Part shown: positions 53,212 through 62,772 of the stretch, one piece after another
Position numbering within the stretch: position 1 is the first letter of the stretch
Layout of the letters: each line of letters starts with the position of its first letter
IMG/VR virus record: IMGVR_UViG_3300032254_000001
Coordinates: 32,001-96,000 of that record
Source: a virus
Taxonomy: Duplodnaviria > Caudoviricetes
Reading direction: 5' to 3' (one strand)
Length of the DNA: 64,000 nt
The notes under the pieces: generated by a model
The model's database searches: none
What the model was told of the DNA's origin: nothing
What the model saw: only the letters and a program-made list of their open reading frames with translations
Program-made: the position numbers and the translations under genes

Positions 53212-54074
53212 TCATTCTTCCAAAGATCAACTTGTAAACGTGGACTGTAACGGAAACCATATGACATTGCTAACTTAGCAACCTCTGGCGCATTTAAATT
53301 ATACATGTCAGGATCACCGCCGCATGGCATAAGATACACTTCACCATCCCATCCAGCTTTTCTGTACTCTTCAACAAAGTCAACAACGTCTGACATGTCA
53401 TCGCGCGTTGCAACTACAAATTTTAAATACACTGTGCCGAACTTCATGTAGCTTGCAACTACCTCTGGCTTCAGTGCATCGCTCGCGTCTTCACCAGACA
53501 TGTACAGCTTAGGACTAACACTAAACGTTAACGATGTGCTTGCTGTAGCATTTTTGATTTGACGTAGCAGTAGGTAGTCTGCAAACTTATCTGTGATCTT
53601 CTGTGTGCCGTTTGTTTCAAAGGTAATGTGTTTGTAACCTTTTTCATAAGCTGCATCAAGCAACTCAGGATATGCACGTTGCCATCCTAGCAGTGGTTCA
53701 CCACCTGTTATAACAAGATGTGTGTTGCCGATGATGCCTGATATATGACCACCGCCTCTACGTGCTTTTTCAATCTCGTCCATTACTACAGGAATATCCA
53801 TAACAGGACTTAATGATTTAAACGCTGGATGCCATGATGCATAACTATCACAACCTGTCTCTGCAAGTGGTAAGCTAGTGTAATCCCATTCCGGGTGTTG
53901 CTTAAGTTGTTCTGCAAACTTTTCTGGCTCGCCTGTGTATTCACCGTTCGGCATACCAAAGCCACGACATTGGAAATTACATCCAAATGTTCTTAGGAAT
54001 ACGCTTGGTACTCCTGTCCATAATCCCTCACCTTGGAGGGAATAAAATATTTCTGCTACTTTAAGTTTTGCCAT
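53199..54074 (-). CDS. queE: 7-carboxy-7-deazaguanine synthase (radical SAM)
   Basis: EIFYSLQGEG, FLRTFGCNFQC..GCDS, VITGGEPLL, ETNGT. Confidence 0.92.
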   Translation of the reverse strand: MAKLKVAEIFYSLQGEGLWTGVPSVFLRTFGCNFQCRGFGMPNGEYTGEPEKFAEQLKQHPEWDYTSLPLAETGCDSYASWHPAFKSLSPVMDIPVVMDEIEKARRGGGHISGIIGNTHLVITGGEPLLGWQRAYPELLDAAYEKGYKHITFETNGTQKITDKFADYLLLRQIKNATASTSLTFSVSPKLYMSGEDASDALKPEVVASYMKFGTVYLKFVVATRDDMSDVVDFVEEYRKAGWDGEVYLMPCGGDPDMYNLNAPEVAKLAMSYGFRYSPRLQVDLWKNEWGT

Positions 54075-54076
54075 TA

Positions 54077-54799
54077 TTAATCCATAAAAAGTAAATCATA
54101 TTCAGGCCACGGACTAACGTCACCATTGATTATACGTTGTTCTTCGTATTGTACATGATCTCGTACCTTGTTGTCAATCATTATATTAAGCTCTGGAGCT
54201 ATAAACTTTTCGAAATATTCGTATTGACAGTTTGGTGTTGGGTGCATGTCATTTGAATCAAAGCTGTGTTTGATCTTTCGTAACTGTTTTGTTCTTGTTT
54301 GGTATTCTAATAGACTTTCACGTTGCAAGAAGTTATTGCTTATGTCGTCTTTGTACTTGTTGTATATTGCTAACAGTTTGTCAACATCATTGCACTTGCC
54401 CATCTCTCCTTCAAACAAAGGAAAGGCGCTAAAATTATATACAGTGTATCCGTTTTGCTTGGCATGTAAGTTTACCAATCTTATGTAGTCCATTGTAGCT
54501 GTAAAACGTTCCACAGGTGAAAAGATGTTTGCAAAGTATTCCATGTTGGATACAACTGATCCGGTGTAATGCCATTTCTTATCGTAATGATTCCAGCGAT
54601 CAAAGCCAGTCCACATCACTACGACAATATCATTTTCCTTAGCTGTATCTATTACACCACGTGCAATAGTTGCGTTATCGGCTCCAACCCTTCCTGCACG
54701 ACTGAACTCTGTGTAGTGCTTGCTTGCGTAGTCAGCCCAAGTGGGCCAAATATAATTTGTAAAACTGCATCCACCTACAACTAATTTTAAGTCTACCAT
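54077..54799 (-). CDS. SGNH-like hypothetical protein
   Basis: VVGGCSFT, GADN..IAR, D.HPTP. Confidence 0.55.
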   Translation of the reverse strand: MVDLKLVVGGCSFTNYIWPTWADYASKHYTEFSRAGRVGADNATIARGVIDTAKENDIVVVMWTGFDRWNHYDKKWHYTGSVVSNMEYFANIFSPVERFTATMDYIRLVNLHAKQNGYTVYNFSAFPLFEGEMGKCNDVDKLLAIYNKYKDDISNNFLQRESLLEYQTRTKQLRKIKHSFDSNDMHPTPNCQYEYFEKFIAPELNIMIDNKVRDHVQYEEQRIINGDVSPWPEYDLLFMD

Positions 54800-54833
54800 G
54801 CTGTATTATAACACCTTAGGGCCGGAACGTCTA

Positions 54834-55373
54834 TTATTCAGGTTTAGCTGTCCACCAGTCTTCCCAAGGGAAAACAATCCAAACATCGTGCTCGTCTTTG
54901 TAAATGGTTGTTCCAGTGTATGAGATTTCTTTGAAGTTACTTGAATTGTTATTAACGATTGTTGCTATGCGTACATTATCGCCGAATACAGTATTCCATT
55001 CAGGACTTGCTGGGCGGTTAGTGCTTTTCCAATCATCAACAATCCAGTCTAGTGTTGCGCCTGAGTCATTAATATCATCTACAATAAGAATTCGTTTCTT
55101 ACCTAACGCATCTTCTGCCATCCAACAATTTGATTCTGGTCCCATTGTATCTTTGTTGTCACGTAAACTAACGTCTAATGAATACATTGGTACGCCAGTG
55201 TATTGACTGATTAATGTAGCTGGCAAAAGCCCGCCTCGAGTTAGGCCGACTATGTAATCTGGACGCCAGTGACTTTTCTCTAAATCATGCAGTATGCTTT
55301 GAACGTGTCCTTCAACATCTGCATAACTTAAATATACCTTTTCTGTCATTTTTATCTCCGTTGTGTGGTTCAC
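54834..55373 (-). CDS. purine phosphoribosyltransferase (Gpt-like)
   Basis: IVGLTRGGLLPA, LIVDDINDSGATL, WIVFPWE. Confidence 0.88.
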   Translation of the reverse strand: MNHTTEIKMTEKVYLSYADVEGHVQSILHDLEKSHWRPDYIVGLTRGGLLPATLISQYTGVPMYSLDVSLRDNKDTMGPESNCWMAEDALGKKRILIVDDINDSGATLDWIVDDWKSTNRPASPEWNTVFGDNVRIATIVNNNSSNFKEISYTGTTIYKDEHDVWIVFPWEDWWTAKPE

Positions 55374-55378
55374 ACTAT

Positions 55379-56695
55379 TTATTGTGGTAAAGCAACTCGA
55401 GCAGTATAAACATACGTGCCATTGTTACTGTTTACAACATCAACCATGCCGTCACCTTTAAGGTCGATTATTGTAATGTACTGCGACAGGTCTCCTAGTG
55501 TAGCAACCCTTGTAAACACTTGGTTCACGTTAAGGTATACGCCAACATCAGTATTGCCTGTGTTATCGTTCTTAGCAACAATCATATCCTTAAAGCCATC
55601 GTTGTTAATATCTCGCACAATGAATGATGGATTGTAATTGTGTGCCATTACAACTGGGCTAGGTAGGCGTGTTGCTGTTTCGTCTACGAATTGACCAGTG
55701 GTGTCATAATCATTAATTAACACTTGAACAACACGGTTATCAAAGCCTGCGCTAGTGTTGCCAATAATTAGATCTTCACGACCATCGCCATTAACATCAG
55801 CTACATGAGCTTCTTCAATCTTGCCATCAAGTTGCGAAACTGGCATTGCTATTGTACCTGCGGTGAAGTTACCCTCACCGTCGTTTAGCTCTATGGTACT
55901 TACTGAGTCGCCGTTACCTATGAACAAGTCAGGTGATGTATCGCTGTCTGCTTTAACAAACTGAACCCACATTTCTGCCTGCGGCATAGATGTTTTAACT
56001 GTAAATGAACCCATGCTGTTGTTTTCAAATACGGTTGCACCTGCCCAAGCGGTATTAATAACTAAATCAATATCACCATCGTTATCAATGTCTGCGCTGT
56101 CAATACCGTGCGTATACCAATTACGGGTTAATCCCACACCACTAACATTGATCTCAGGCATGTTGGTATCCATTGCATCGTTGTTAAATGTACCGTATGG
56201 ATTCGAAAGTAATAGTACATCTTTCTCGTACCACGTTGCGCCTGTTGCTACGCCAATTTCAAGTCCGTGGTTACCAAAGTAAATATCATCAGCACCATCA
56301 CCATTAAAGTCTGCAACTTCAATATGACGAGCAAGTGCTATGGCAGGAACGGTAGCTAACATTGTGCTAGTTTTATCTTCTAGCTCACCTGCTGCACTTT
56401 GTAGGTATATCTTAATTGGAACACCTAACCAGGGCTGAACTTGATCATCGCCTGGATCACTGCCTGCAAATGTAACAACTAAATCTTCAAGCCCATCACC
56501 GTTGAAATCGCCTGTTGCTGAGTTTGTATATGATGATGTATCAAGTTGCGTTGCATTATTAAAGTATGTATCTGTTATTTCCGATGGTACTAGTGGCTCA
56601 ACTGGTGCTGTAACTGAAGCTGGACCGCCGCTTCCACCACCACATGCTGTTAGGATCGAACACGTTGCTGCCACTACTAGTATTGATTTAACCAT
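55379..56695 (-). CDS. FG-GAP/VCBS-repeat beta-propeller lipoprotein
   Basis: LTAC lipobox; repeated D-F/I/V-N-G/N-D-G-x-x-D motifs. Confidence 0.8.
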   Translation of the reverse strand: MVKSILVVAATCSILTACGGGSGGPASVTAPVEPLVPSEITDTYFNNATQLDTSSYTNSATGDFNGDGLEDLVVTFAGSDPGDDQVQPWLGVPIKIYLQSAAGELEDKTSTMLATVPAIALARHIEVADFNGDGADDIYFGNHGLEIGVATGATWYEKDVLLLSNPYGTFNNDAMDTNMPEINVSGVGLTRNWYTHGIDSADIDNDGDIDLVINTAWAGATVFENNSMGSFTVKTSMPQAEMWVQFVKADSDTSPDLFIGNGDSVSTIELNDGEGNFTAGTIAMPVSQLDGKIEEAHVADVNGDGREDLIIGNTSAGFDNRVVQVLINDYDTTGQFVDETATRLPSPVVMAHNYNPSFIVRDINNDGFKDMIVAKNDNTGNTDVGVYLNVNQVFTRVATLGDLSQYITIIDLKGDGMVDVVNSNNGTYVYTARVALPQ

Positions 56696-56725
56696 AATAA
56701 TTACCTGTTTGTTTACTATGTACTA

Positions 56726-56754
56726 ATTATATGGCTATTTGGGCAAAAGGTCAA
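56726..56754 (-). promoter_or_regulatory. early sigma70-type promoter
   Basis: TTGACC-17-TATAAT. Confidence 0.85.
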
Positions 56755-56793
56755 CCTTTTTGTGCATTATTTTTGCATTATTTTGGGTAATAA

Positions 56794-56868
56794 AATCAAT
56801 AAGTTAGCACCCCGTAGGGGCTATGTTTTTGATTTTATAAGGTTTTCAAACCCAAAATCAATGACTTA
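56794..56868 (+). promoter_or_regulatory. two IHF-consensus boxes
   Basis: AATCAATAAGTTA at 56794, AATCAATGACTTA at 56856. Confidence 0.75.
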
Positions 56869-57264
56869 CAGTAGCTTCAAATCACCGGTGATTTTGTCAA
56901 TTTCTTCAGATACGCCAGGCCCTATTGCAACTGCTGTATAGGTAGGAACCCCGCCAAACTCAGTAAATCCAGCATCCTGTATCAAACTGCATGGCAAACC
57001 AGCGTCTATTGCTTCTTTGTGTACTGATCGCAACTTTTCTTCGCTGTCAACGGATACGCAGATTTTAGTAAAGCGGCCGGTTAGCCATTCCTTTATGTCT
57101 TCATTTAAGTAAATACTAAAATGTTCGCTATCAGACATCTCGCCGCGATTTAGCAGTACTGCCATAGATGCATGAGCACCTTGTGCAACCATCTTGCCTT
57201 TGCGCATGTTTAAATCTTTACGCAGGACAATAACTTGCTTAACTGCTTTAGGGTTCTTTGCCAT
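56866..57264 (-). CDS. pth2: peptidyl-tRNA hydrolase type 2
   Basis: KQVIVLRKDL.M.KGKMVAQGAHA, KICV, DAGFTE, TAVAIGP. Confidence 0.92.
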   Translation of the reverse strand: MAKNPKAVKQVIVLRKDLNMRKGKMVAQGAHASMAVLLNRGEMSDSEHFSIYLNEDIKEWLTGRFTKICVSVDSEEKLRSVHKEAIDAGLPCSLIQDAGFTEFGGVPTYTAVAIGPGVSEEIDKITGDLKLL

Positions 57265-57502
57265 CTTCTTGGTCCTTAGGGTTTGGGTCGTTCATAACTG
57301 CATTGTCGACCATTTCACATAGCATTTTCTTAACGAACTCTTTACTCATCATTTCGTTATCGCAGTAAATCGTATTGTCACCTTCCTTAGTATAAAAGTA
57401 AAACTCACCAAAGCCGCATCCCTTAGCAGTCCATTGAAAGGCAGTAGTACCATTTGGGTAGCATCTATCTTCTAGTTTTTCAAACATTTCGTGTAGTGAC
57501 AT
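57248..57502 (-). CDS. hypothetical protein
   Basis: ORF in operon. Confidence 0.55.
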   Translation of the reverse strand: MSLHEMFEKLEDRCYPNGTTAFQWTAKGCGFGEFYFYTKEGDNTIYCDNEMMSKEFVKKMLCEMVDNAVMNDPNPKDQEDGKEP

Positions 57503-57514
57503 ATCGTACCTTTG

Positions 57515-57796
57515 TTATTCAGTGTCTTCGGAATCGCCTAAGCAGTAACTCTTCCAATTCATTAATTCAAGTGTGTAAAGTCTAAGTTTTAGCTTTGACC
57601 TTGCACTACGTTCATCAGCTGGAATAGCTTCGTACTTTGCAACTAGACCACTGTAGCGTTCAATCTTAGCTTCACACCTTGCTGACATTTCGGGTGTTTC
57701 TTTTAACTTCTGCTGCACATCATCCAGTATTATAACCATATTTGAGAATGCAGGTGTAGTGAACATTAGCATTAATGTAATTATAATATATCTCAT
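57515..57796 (-). CDS. secreted hypothetical protein
   Basis: Signal peptide. Confidence 0.55.
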   Translation of the reverse strand: MRYIIITLMLMFTTPAFSNMVIILDDVQQKLKETPEMSARCEAKIERYSGLVAKYEAIPADERSARSKLKLRLYTLELMNWKSYCLGDSEDTE

Positions 57797-58149
57797 TGTC
57801 CTACTCCTTTAATCTTGTCAATCCTAGCATTTAGCTCTTTGATATCGTTTAATATTTTAGCAATAGCACCGTCGGTGTCTGCTTCTTCAAGCTCTTCAAC
57901 AAGCTCGCTCTTACGTATTAGCAACTCACCTATAATTGCATTTCTGGTTACAACTGCTTCTTTGTGTATCTGCGTTATAATCCTATTCTCAGACTCTTCT
58001 AGCTCTGAGTTAGTTACAATATACTTTCCTACTGTATCAATAGCTGTACCACCAAATGTAACAATAGTAATAAGACCTGTTACGATACCAATTAACATTG
58101 CTGCCGTTGCGAAAGGGCGGTTGTTAAACTGTGTCTTTAAATCTGTCAT
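57793..58149 (-). CDS. TM plus coiled-coil hypothetical protein
   Basis: AATAAATA late-like motif upstream. Confidence 0.55.
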   Translation of the reverse strand: MTDLKTQFNNRPFATAAMLIGIVTGLITIVTFGGTAIDTVGKYIVTNSELEESENRIITQIHKEAVVTRNAIIGELLIRKSELVEELEEADTDGAIAKILNDIKELNARIDKIKGVGQ

Positions 58150-58197
58150 TTCAATAACTCCGTATAATGTACGTATTTATTGAATTACTAACAAATT

Positions 58198-58758
58198 TTA
58201 CACCTCAACCTTGCAATGCGACTTAGGTGTTTCCCAGAACTCAACAGCTACTACCTTAACATCCATTGCAGCCATCTTCTTCTGCGCTATGTCAAGTAAC
58301 CATGCGCTAAGGTTCTCAGAGGTTGGAACAAAGTCTACAAATACCATACCTTCGTACTTTTCAAGTACTGCTGGTGTTACTGCAAGTTCGAGATCTTCTA
58401 AGTTTGGTGTCCAGTATACTTCATCGTGGAATACACAAGCTGCTATATTAAGTTCACCGTCTTCGCAAATCTCAGGTACTTCGTGTGTAATTAGTGGATC
58501 GTTAATGTCCATGATGAACTTGTGATCAAGTACATCATCAATGAAGTTCTTCATCCAACCTAAGTGTTTAAAGTCTGTAACCATGCCACGCTCTAGCTCA
58601 TCGCCTTCTAGCATAACTTTAAGTTTACCCTGGTGACCATGTAAATGCCTACATGCTAAACATGTGCCTTCGCTACCTGTAAAGTCTGCATTTAGTTCCT
58701 GCGACCATACGCGATGACCGTAACACCAGTCAAAGCTTTTATCAATTGTCCACTTCAT
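58198..58758 (-). CDS. queD: 6-carboxy-5,6,7,8-tetrahydropterin synthase
   Basis: CYGHRV, CRHLHGH, DFKHL, PTSENL, WETPKS. Confidence 0.92.
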   Translation of the reverse strand: MKWTIDKSFDWCYGHRVWSQELNADFTGSEGTCLACRHLHGHQGKLKVMLEGDELERGMVTDFKHLGWMKNFIDDVLDHKFIMDINDPLITHEVPEICEDGELNIAACVFHDEVYWTPNLEDLELAVTPAVLEKYEGMVFVDFVPTSENLSAWLLDIAQKKMAAMDVKVVAVEFWETPKSHCKVEV

Positions 58759-58994
58759 TTATTTTCCTCTGTTTGTCTTTTTAGTAGTAAGAATGTTATC
58801 TGTTCAGAGTTCTCTAACATAATCTTACGTATATTCTTTTGAGTTAAACCTGTTTTACGATGTATGTCCATTACAGATAAGTCAGCACCAAGTCCGTTTA
58901 CTACGTTGCCTATACGCGCTGCTTCGCGGAGCCTCTTTCGCTCACGCATTAATCGTACATGCTTATCAGTTCTTCTACGTTTTCTCATAGCCAT
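58755..58994 (-). CDS. small basic hypothetical protein
   Basis: ORF in operon. Confidence 0.45.
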   Translation of the reverse strand: MAMRKRRRTDKHVRLMRERKRLREAARIGNVVNGLGADLSVMDIHRKTGLTQKNIRKIMLENSEQITFLLLKRQTEENK

Positions 58995-59003
58995 ATTATA
59001 ACA

Positions 59004-59414
59004 TCATTTATATCTTAGTGCAAGGAGTAATGCATCGTTTTCATTGTTCGTTCCTGCGAATACAGCATCCTTATCACCGAACTCATTGTGTTCAAATATC
59101 TTTGCGTTGTTGGTGTAGCTACCGCGCATCATTGTGATTACGGTGTGGTCACCTAACTCTCTGTGCGGATAGAAAAACTCTTCCCTAAACGCGGCTGGAA
59201 CTAACCATCCATGCATGCCGTGATGTTCTGAGTACACTTTCAAATGATCAAGCTCAATGATGTATTTGAATCCGTGTAGCATATCCTTAATAGTGCTAGC
59301 ACCTTGGCTTATGTTCTGTTTGTTCCATTCTTTTTCTACTTGTTGGTCTTGGATACTTGTGTTCGCAAATGAACATTGCACCCATTTATCTTTAATTAGA
59401 CCTAGTAGGTTCAT
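59004..59414 (-). CDS. hypothetical protein
   Basis: ORF in operon. Confidence 0.6.
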   Translation of the reverse strand: MNLLGLIKDKWVQCSFANTSIQDQQVEKEWNKQNISQGASTIKDMLHGFKYIIELDHLKVYSEHHGMHGWLVPAAFREEFFYPHRELGDHTVITMMRGSYTNNAKIFEHNEFGDKDAVFAGTNNENDALLLALRYK

Positions 59415-60202
59415 TAGTCTCTGTATCTCTTGTTGAGTTCACGTACTAATTCTAAAAGATGTAACGGTGTTCCACTGTTAGCTGCATACTTAACGAACTC
59501 GCTTGTATCCTTTGGTAAACAATGTCCACCAAAGCCGTACTCACCATCTGGGCCTGGTACTTGCGTATGTGAAAATCCTACTCTTTTATCTAACGCTAGT
59601 GCTTCAACCATGCCATCGTAGTTTATACCAATGGTAGTACCGTACAGTCGTTTAAGCTCGTTAAAGAACATTACCTTAGTAGCAAGGAATGAGTTTTCAG
59701 CGTACTTCAAGAAGCCTGCACTTTCTAAGTCTAAGAAACGTACATCGTTAACTGTCATTATTTGACTAAACACTTCATGCCACCAACGTCCACCTGTGCC
59801 ACCGTAAATAGCAAAGTCACATTCACGGAACTCTTTAGAAGGGTCAGCACTTATGCTACCTCTAAGGAACTCAGGACTAAATGTAACACGACTTAAGTTA
59901 CGAAAGCCTTGCAATGTTGATACTGACGTTGTAGACTTAATTAGTACCTGAGCGTTTGAATGGTGACGACCAATCTCAAACACGTAGTCTGTTACTAAGC
60001 TATCATCGCAGCGACCATTGTCGGCTTGCGGAGTTGGCACACAAATAATAAAACCGTCTACGCCTTTTATATTTTTAATGTCATCCAGTCCTTGATACAG
60101 TATGCCAGTGTTTGGGTCAACTATCTCAACCGTGTGCTTATCGCCAAGCACTGCGGCAATTGCTTTACCTACAAATCCGTTTCCTATTACTGCAAATTTC
60201 AT
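59414..60202 (-). CDS. ugd: UDP-glucose/GDP-mannose dehydrogenase family (short form)
   Basis: IGNGFVG, IKST, PEFL, KYAEN, GFGGHCLPKD. Confidence 0.88.
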   Translation of the reverse strand: MKFAVIGNGFVGKAIAAVLGDKHTVEIVDPNTGILYQGLDDIKNIKGVDGFIICVPTPQADNGRCDDSLVTDYVFEIGRHHSNAQVLIKSTTSVSTLQGFRNLSRVTFSPEFLRGSISADPSKEFRECDFAIYGGTGGRWWHEVFSQIMTVNDVRFLDLESAGFLKYAENSFLATKVMFFNELKRLYGTTIGINYDGMVEALALDKRVGFSHTQVPGPDGEYGFGGHCLPKDTSEFVKYAANSGTPLHLLELVRELNKRYRD

Positions 60203-60936
60203 GCTACTGTTTCTGCCTCTTCTTCTACTGCTTCGGGCTCTTTAACTTTGTTGTATTCAGTGATGCCCCATACAATTGCATATAGTATCCAAATGTAATG
60301 GAATGTATATTCTGTGCAACTGTAGTCCCAGAAGTCACACATATCAAACTTTAATTCTTTATTGTCTGATTCCCATCTAAAAGACATAGCTGCATCGTAA
60401 GCTCGCATCTGTCCATCATGTGAACAATCAATAACTTCTTCTTGCAATGCTTCCTTAAGCTCTTCTAGCATCTGCTTGTATGTTTGTGTGTCTTCCGGGT
60501 ACGCTTCTGTAACACCTTCTTCGTCTTCATCTTCGTACTGTTCGGCAAAATTCTTGTAATCGTTCCAAACATTTTCTTCAAACGTTTCTTGTGAAAACTC
60601 CTCGTAACCATTACCGTCACCGCGAGCACCGTCCCTATCAACTGACTGCAACTTCTCAGCCCAGTAACTAGGATTAATTACATGCTTCTTGTTAAAGTCG
60701 TTGTCGTTCATAATAAAGAACTCAAACATATCTGATACACGACTAAACACATAGGTGCCCATGTCTTGACAAATACACAAGTAACCTGGCCACGTGTGTA
60801 TGTCAAAGCGATAGCACTGCGAACCATTGTTTGTAAACTTTAGGTGTCGGTACAGCCCATCATCCTTTATGATTTCCATGGAGTGGTTTTCTGTATCACC
60901 TAAGAATCTTTCTTTAACTCGTTTTTGGTCTAACAT
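60199..60936 (-). CDS. hypothetical protein
   Basis: ORF in operon. Confidence 0.7.
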   Translation of the reverse strand: MLDQKRVKERFLGDTENHSMEIIKDDGLYRHLKFTNNGSQCYRFDIHTWPGYLCICQDMGTYVFSRVSDMFEFFIMNDNDFNKKHVINPSYWAEKLQSVDRDGARGDGNGYEEFSQETFEENVWNDYKNFAEQYEDEDEEGVTEAYPEDTQTYKQMLEELKEALQEEVIDCSHDGQMRAYDAAMSFRWESDNKELKFDMCDFWDYSCTEYTFHYIWILYAIVWGITEYNKVKEPEAVEEEAETVA

Positions 60937-61262
60937 TATATTACCTCAAAATAATCTATCTTACATTCGTATACTACACCATCCCAGACCACACCCTTTG
61001 ACATTTCAATTGGTATAACTCCGTACAGCACTATGTTCTCTTCTGAGAAATCCAGTCTTTCAATTTTCTTACCAATTCTAAAGTCTACTTCGAAACCGTA
61101 TTTTAGTTTGTTCCAAACCTCGTCCTTGGGATTTTCGGTTGTGTAATAACAACCTATTTCGACATTACTCATAAACGATGGACCAGCTACATGGAAACTA
61201 TGCCCTTTAAGGCCCAGTGTTTGCGTTTGATTTATTGCAACTGGTTTCTTTAGTAATTTCAT
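60936..61262 (-). CDS. hypothetical protein
   Basis: ORF in operon. Confidence 0.55.
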   Translation of the reverse strand: MKLLKKPVAINQTQTLGLKGHSFHVAGPSFMSNVEIGCYYTTENPKDEVWNKLKYGFEVDFRIGKKIERLDFSEENIVLYGVIPIEMSKGVVWDGVVYECKIDYFEVI

Positions 61263-61266
61263 AATT

Positions 61267-61340
61267 TGGCGTCTGTGAAGGGGTTCGAACCCTTGTCCTG
61301 GGATTTAGAGTCCCGTGCTAAACCGCTCAGCTACACAGAC
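61267..61340 (-). tRNA. amber suppressor tRNA (CTA)
   Basis: Canonical cloverleaf, loop CT-CTA-AA, G73, CCA. Confidence 0.88.
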
Positions 61341-61554
61341 AGTATAAGTAATATTAACACAATAATGAAGCCAATACAACCCCAACATATCTTGCAAGGT
61401 GGCCGTTTTCCAAGCCCCAGCATACATTTTCTAATAACGGTTTATTAAAGAATGCTATAAACTTTTTCAAGCCAATAACGCTATTACTAGAACTACCGCG
61501 GTAAGCACCACTACGCTTACATAAGTTGGTACAGTTTTGGTTAATATGCTCATT

Positions 61555-62211
61555 TCATTTCTCATTTGGTTCGTTAAGTTTTTGATACACTTCATAGCGG
61601 GTATGAAATGCCCGTTGTAACTCCAACACATCATTCCACGGAACTTTTGATTTTACCATTTCGTCCGTTTCCATCATTGTGTTAGTTGCAAGATACGCTT
61701 GCGACTCGTCTAAATATACATGTGAATGATAACCTTCTTTAGTCAGGTAACCAGTCACTGTATCTCTAAAGCTTTTGCTTAGATTGTTCACTAAGCCTGT
61801 CATTTCGGTTCTGTAGTCTTCGTCTAAGTAAAAGAATGCATGTGCAAATTCGTGATCGATTGTATTGTCCTGGCAGTGTACGCCAATAACATAAAACGGT
61901 TCGTCATTGTATATCCACTCAGATAACAAGTCTCGTAACCTTTTTTCTTTGTCTAGCAGTTCATGTGGACACTCTGCAAAAAACTCACGCACTACATCAC
62001 CTGGAACATTAAAGCCATTCCAGTCTGAAAAATATGTAAAGTTACCAAACGCGCTAGCATACCAATCCATGTATTCTTCAAGGGTTGGAAACTCGCCGCA
62101 GAACTTAGGTGACTCGTAATACTCTTGCAACCGCATAAATGTTGAAGCTAGCTCGTACTGGTTCTCACCTTTAAGGAATATAATATTCTCTGTGCTGCTT
62201 TGTATTTTCAT
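61555..62211 (-). CDS. hypothetical protein with HExxH motif
   Basis: HEFAHA; RLQEYYESP. Confidence 0.6.
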   Translation of the reverse strand: MKIQSSTENIIFLKGENQYELASTFMRLQEYYESPKFCGEFPTLEEYMDWYASAFGNFTYFSDWNGFNVPGDVVREFFAECPHELLDKEKRLRDLLSEWIYNDEPFYVIGVHCQDNTIDHEFAHAFFYLDEDYRTEMTGLVNNLSKSFRDTVTGYLTKEGYHSHVYLDESQAYLATNTMMETDEMVKSKVPWNDVLELQRAFHTRYEVYQKLNEPNEK

Positions 62212-62390
62212 TTAGGTACGTGCACCTTGCCGCAATCTTTACAATACATTTTAGCATAATCCCAGAAACCATCTAAGCCACTGTTGAGCTGTTCTTGCGT
62301 TGCTAGAATGCCTTCATCGGCTGCACAGGTCCAGTTGTGTAAACCTAGTACCTTACAATTAAAGAATACTTTAATCTTTTTTAGTTCCAT
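62208..62390 (-). CDS. hypothetical protein
   Basis: CKVLGLHNW...CKDCG. Confidence 0.5.
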   Translation of the reverse strand: MELKKIKVFFNCKVLGLHNWTCAADEGILATQEQLNSGLDGFWDYAKMYCKDCGKVHVPK

Positions 62391-62763
62391 CTTGCATCAA
62401 CTTTTCTATCATTTTGTATTGATCGTATGCATCTTTAAGAGCAGGATACATTTCGTGTTTTTCAAAGTCCGCTTGCAATATACACATACGTTCTTGCATA
62501 GTTGCAATAAAGTCGCCAACGTTGACGTCATTAACTATTAAGTCACCGGTGATTTCCATTGCTGGGTCACTATCATCGACGCTCTCGCGTATAGTGAATG
62601 CTTCATTTTCAGGTACACCCACTGTATTCGAAACCCAACTAGCAGTGATCTGCTTAGCCATGTTAGCTGCGAAATCTTTAGAAGTTATTCCTAAGTTAGT
62701 ACGGTCGTAATAACTATCTAAAGATCCGAACTCGATGTCGAGGTAATCGTCATCATCATTCAT
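62371..62763 (-). CDS. hypothetical protein
   Basis: ORF in operon. Confidence 0.6.
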   Translation of the reverse strand: MNDDDDYLDIEFGSLDSYYDRTNLGITSKDFAANMAKQITASWVSNTVGVPENEAFTIRESVDDSDPAMEITGDLIVNDVNVGDFIATMQERMCILQADFEKHEMYPALKDAYDQYKMIEKLMQDGTKKD

Positions 62764-62772
62764 TTTAGTTCC

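Noticed and set aside
61267-61340. tRNA-Pyl
   Set aside because: It has a standard 2-nt linker, GG-containing D-loop, 5-bp anticodon stem and TTCGAA T-loop, unlike tRNA-Pyl; no pyl genes are present.
61345-61555. TGA read-through extension of the 61555-62211 ORF
   Set aside because: The frame stays open after TGA, but there is no opal suppressor, SECIS-like element or recognisable motif.
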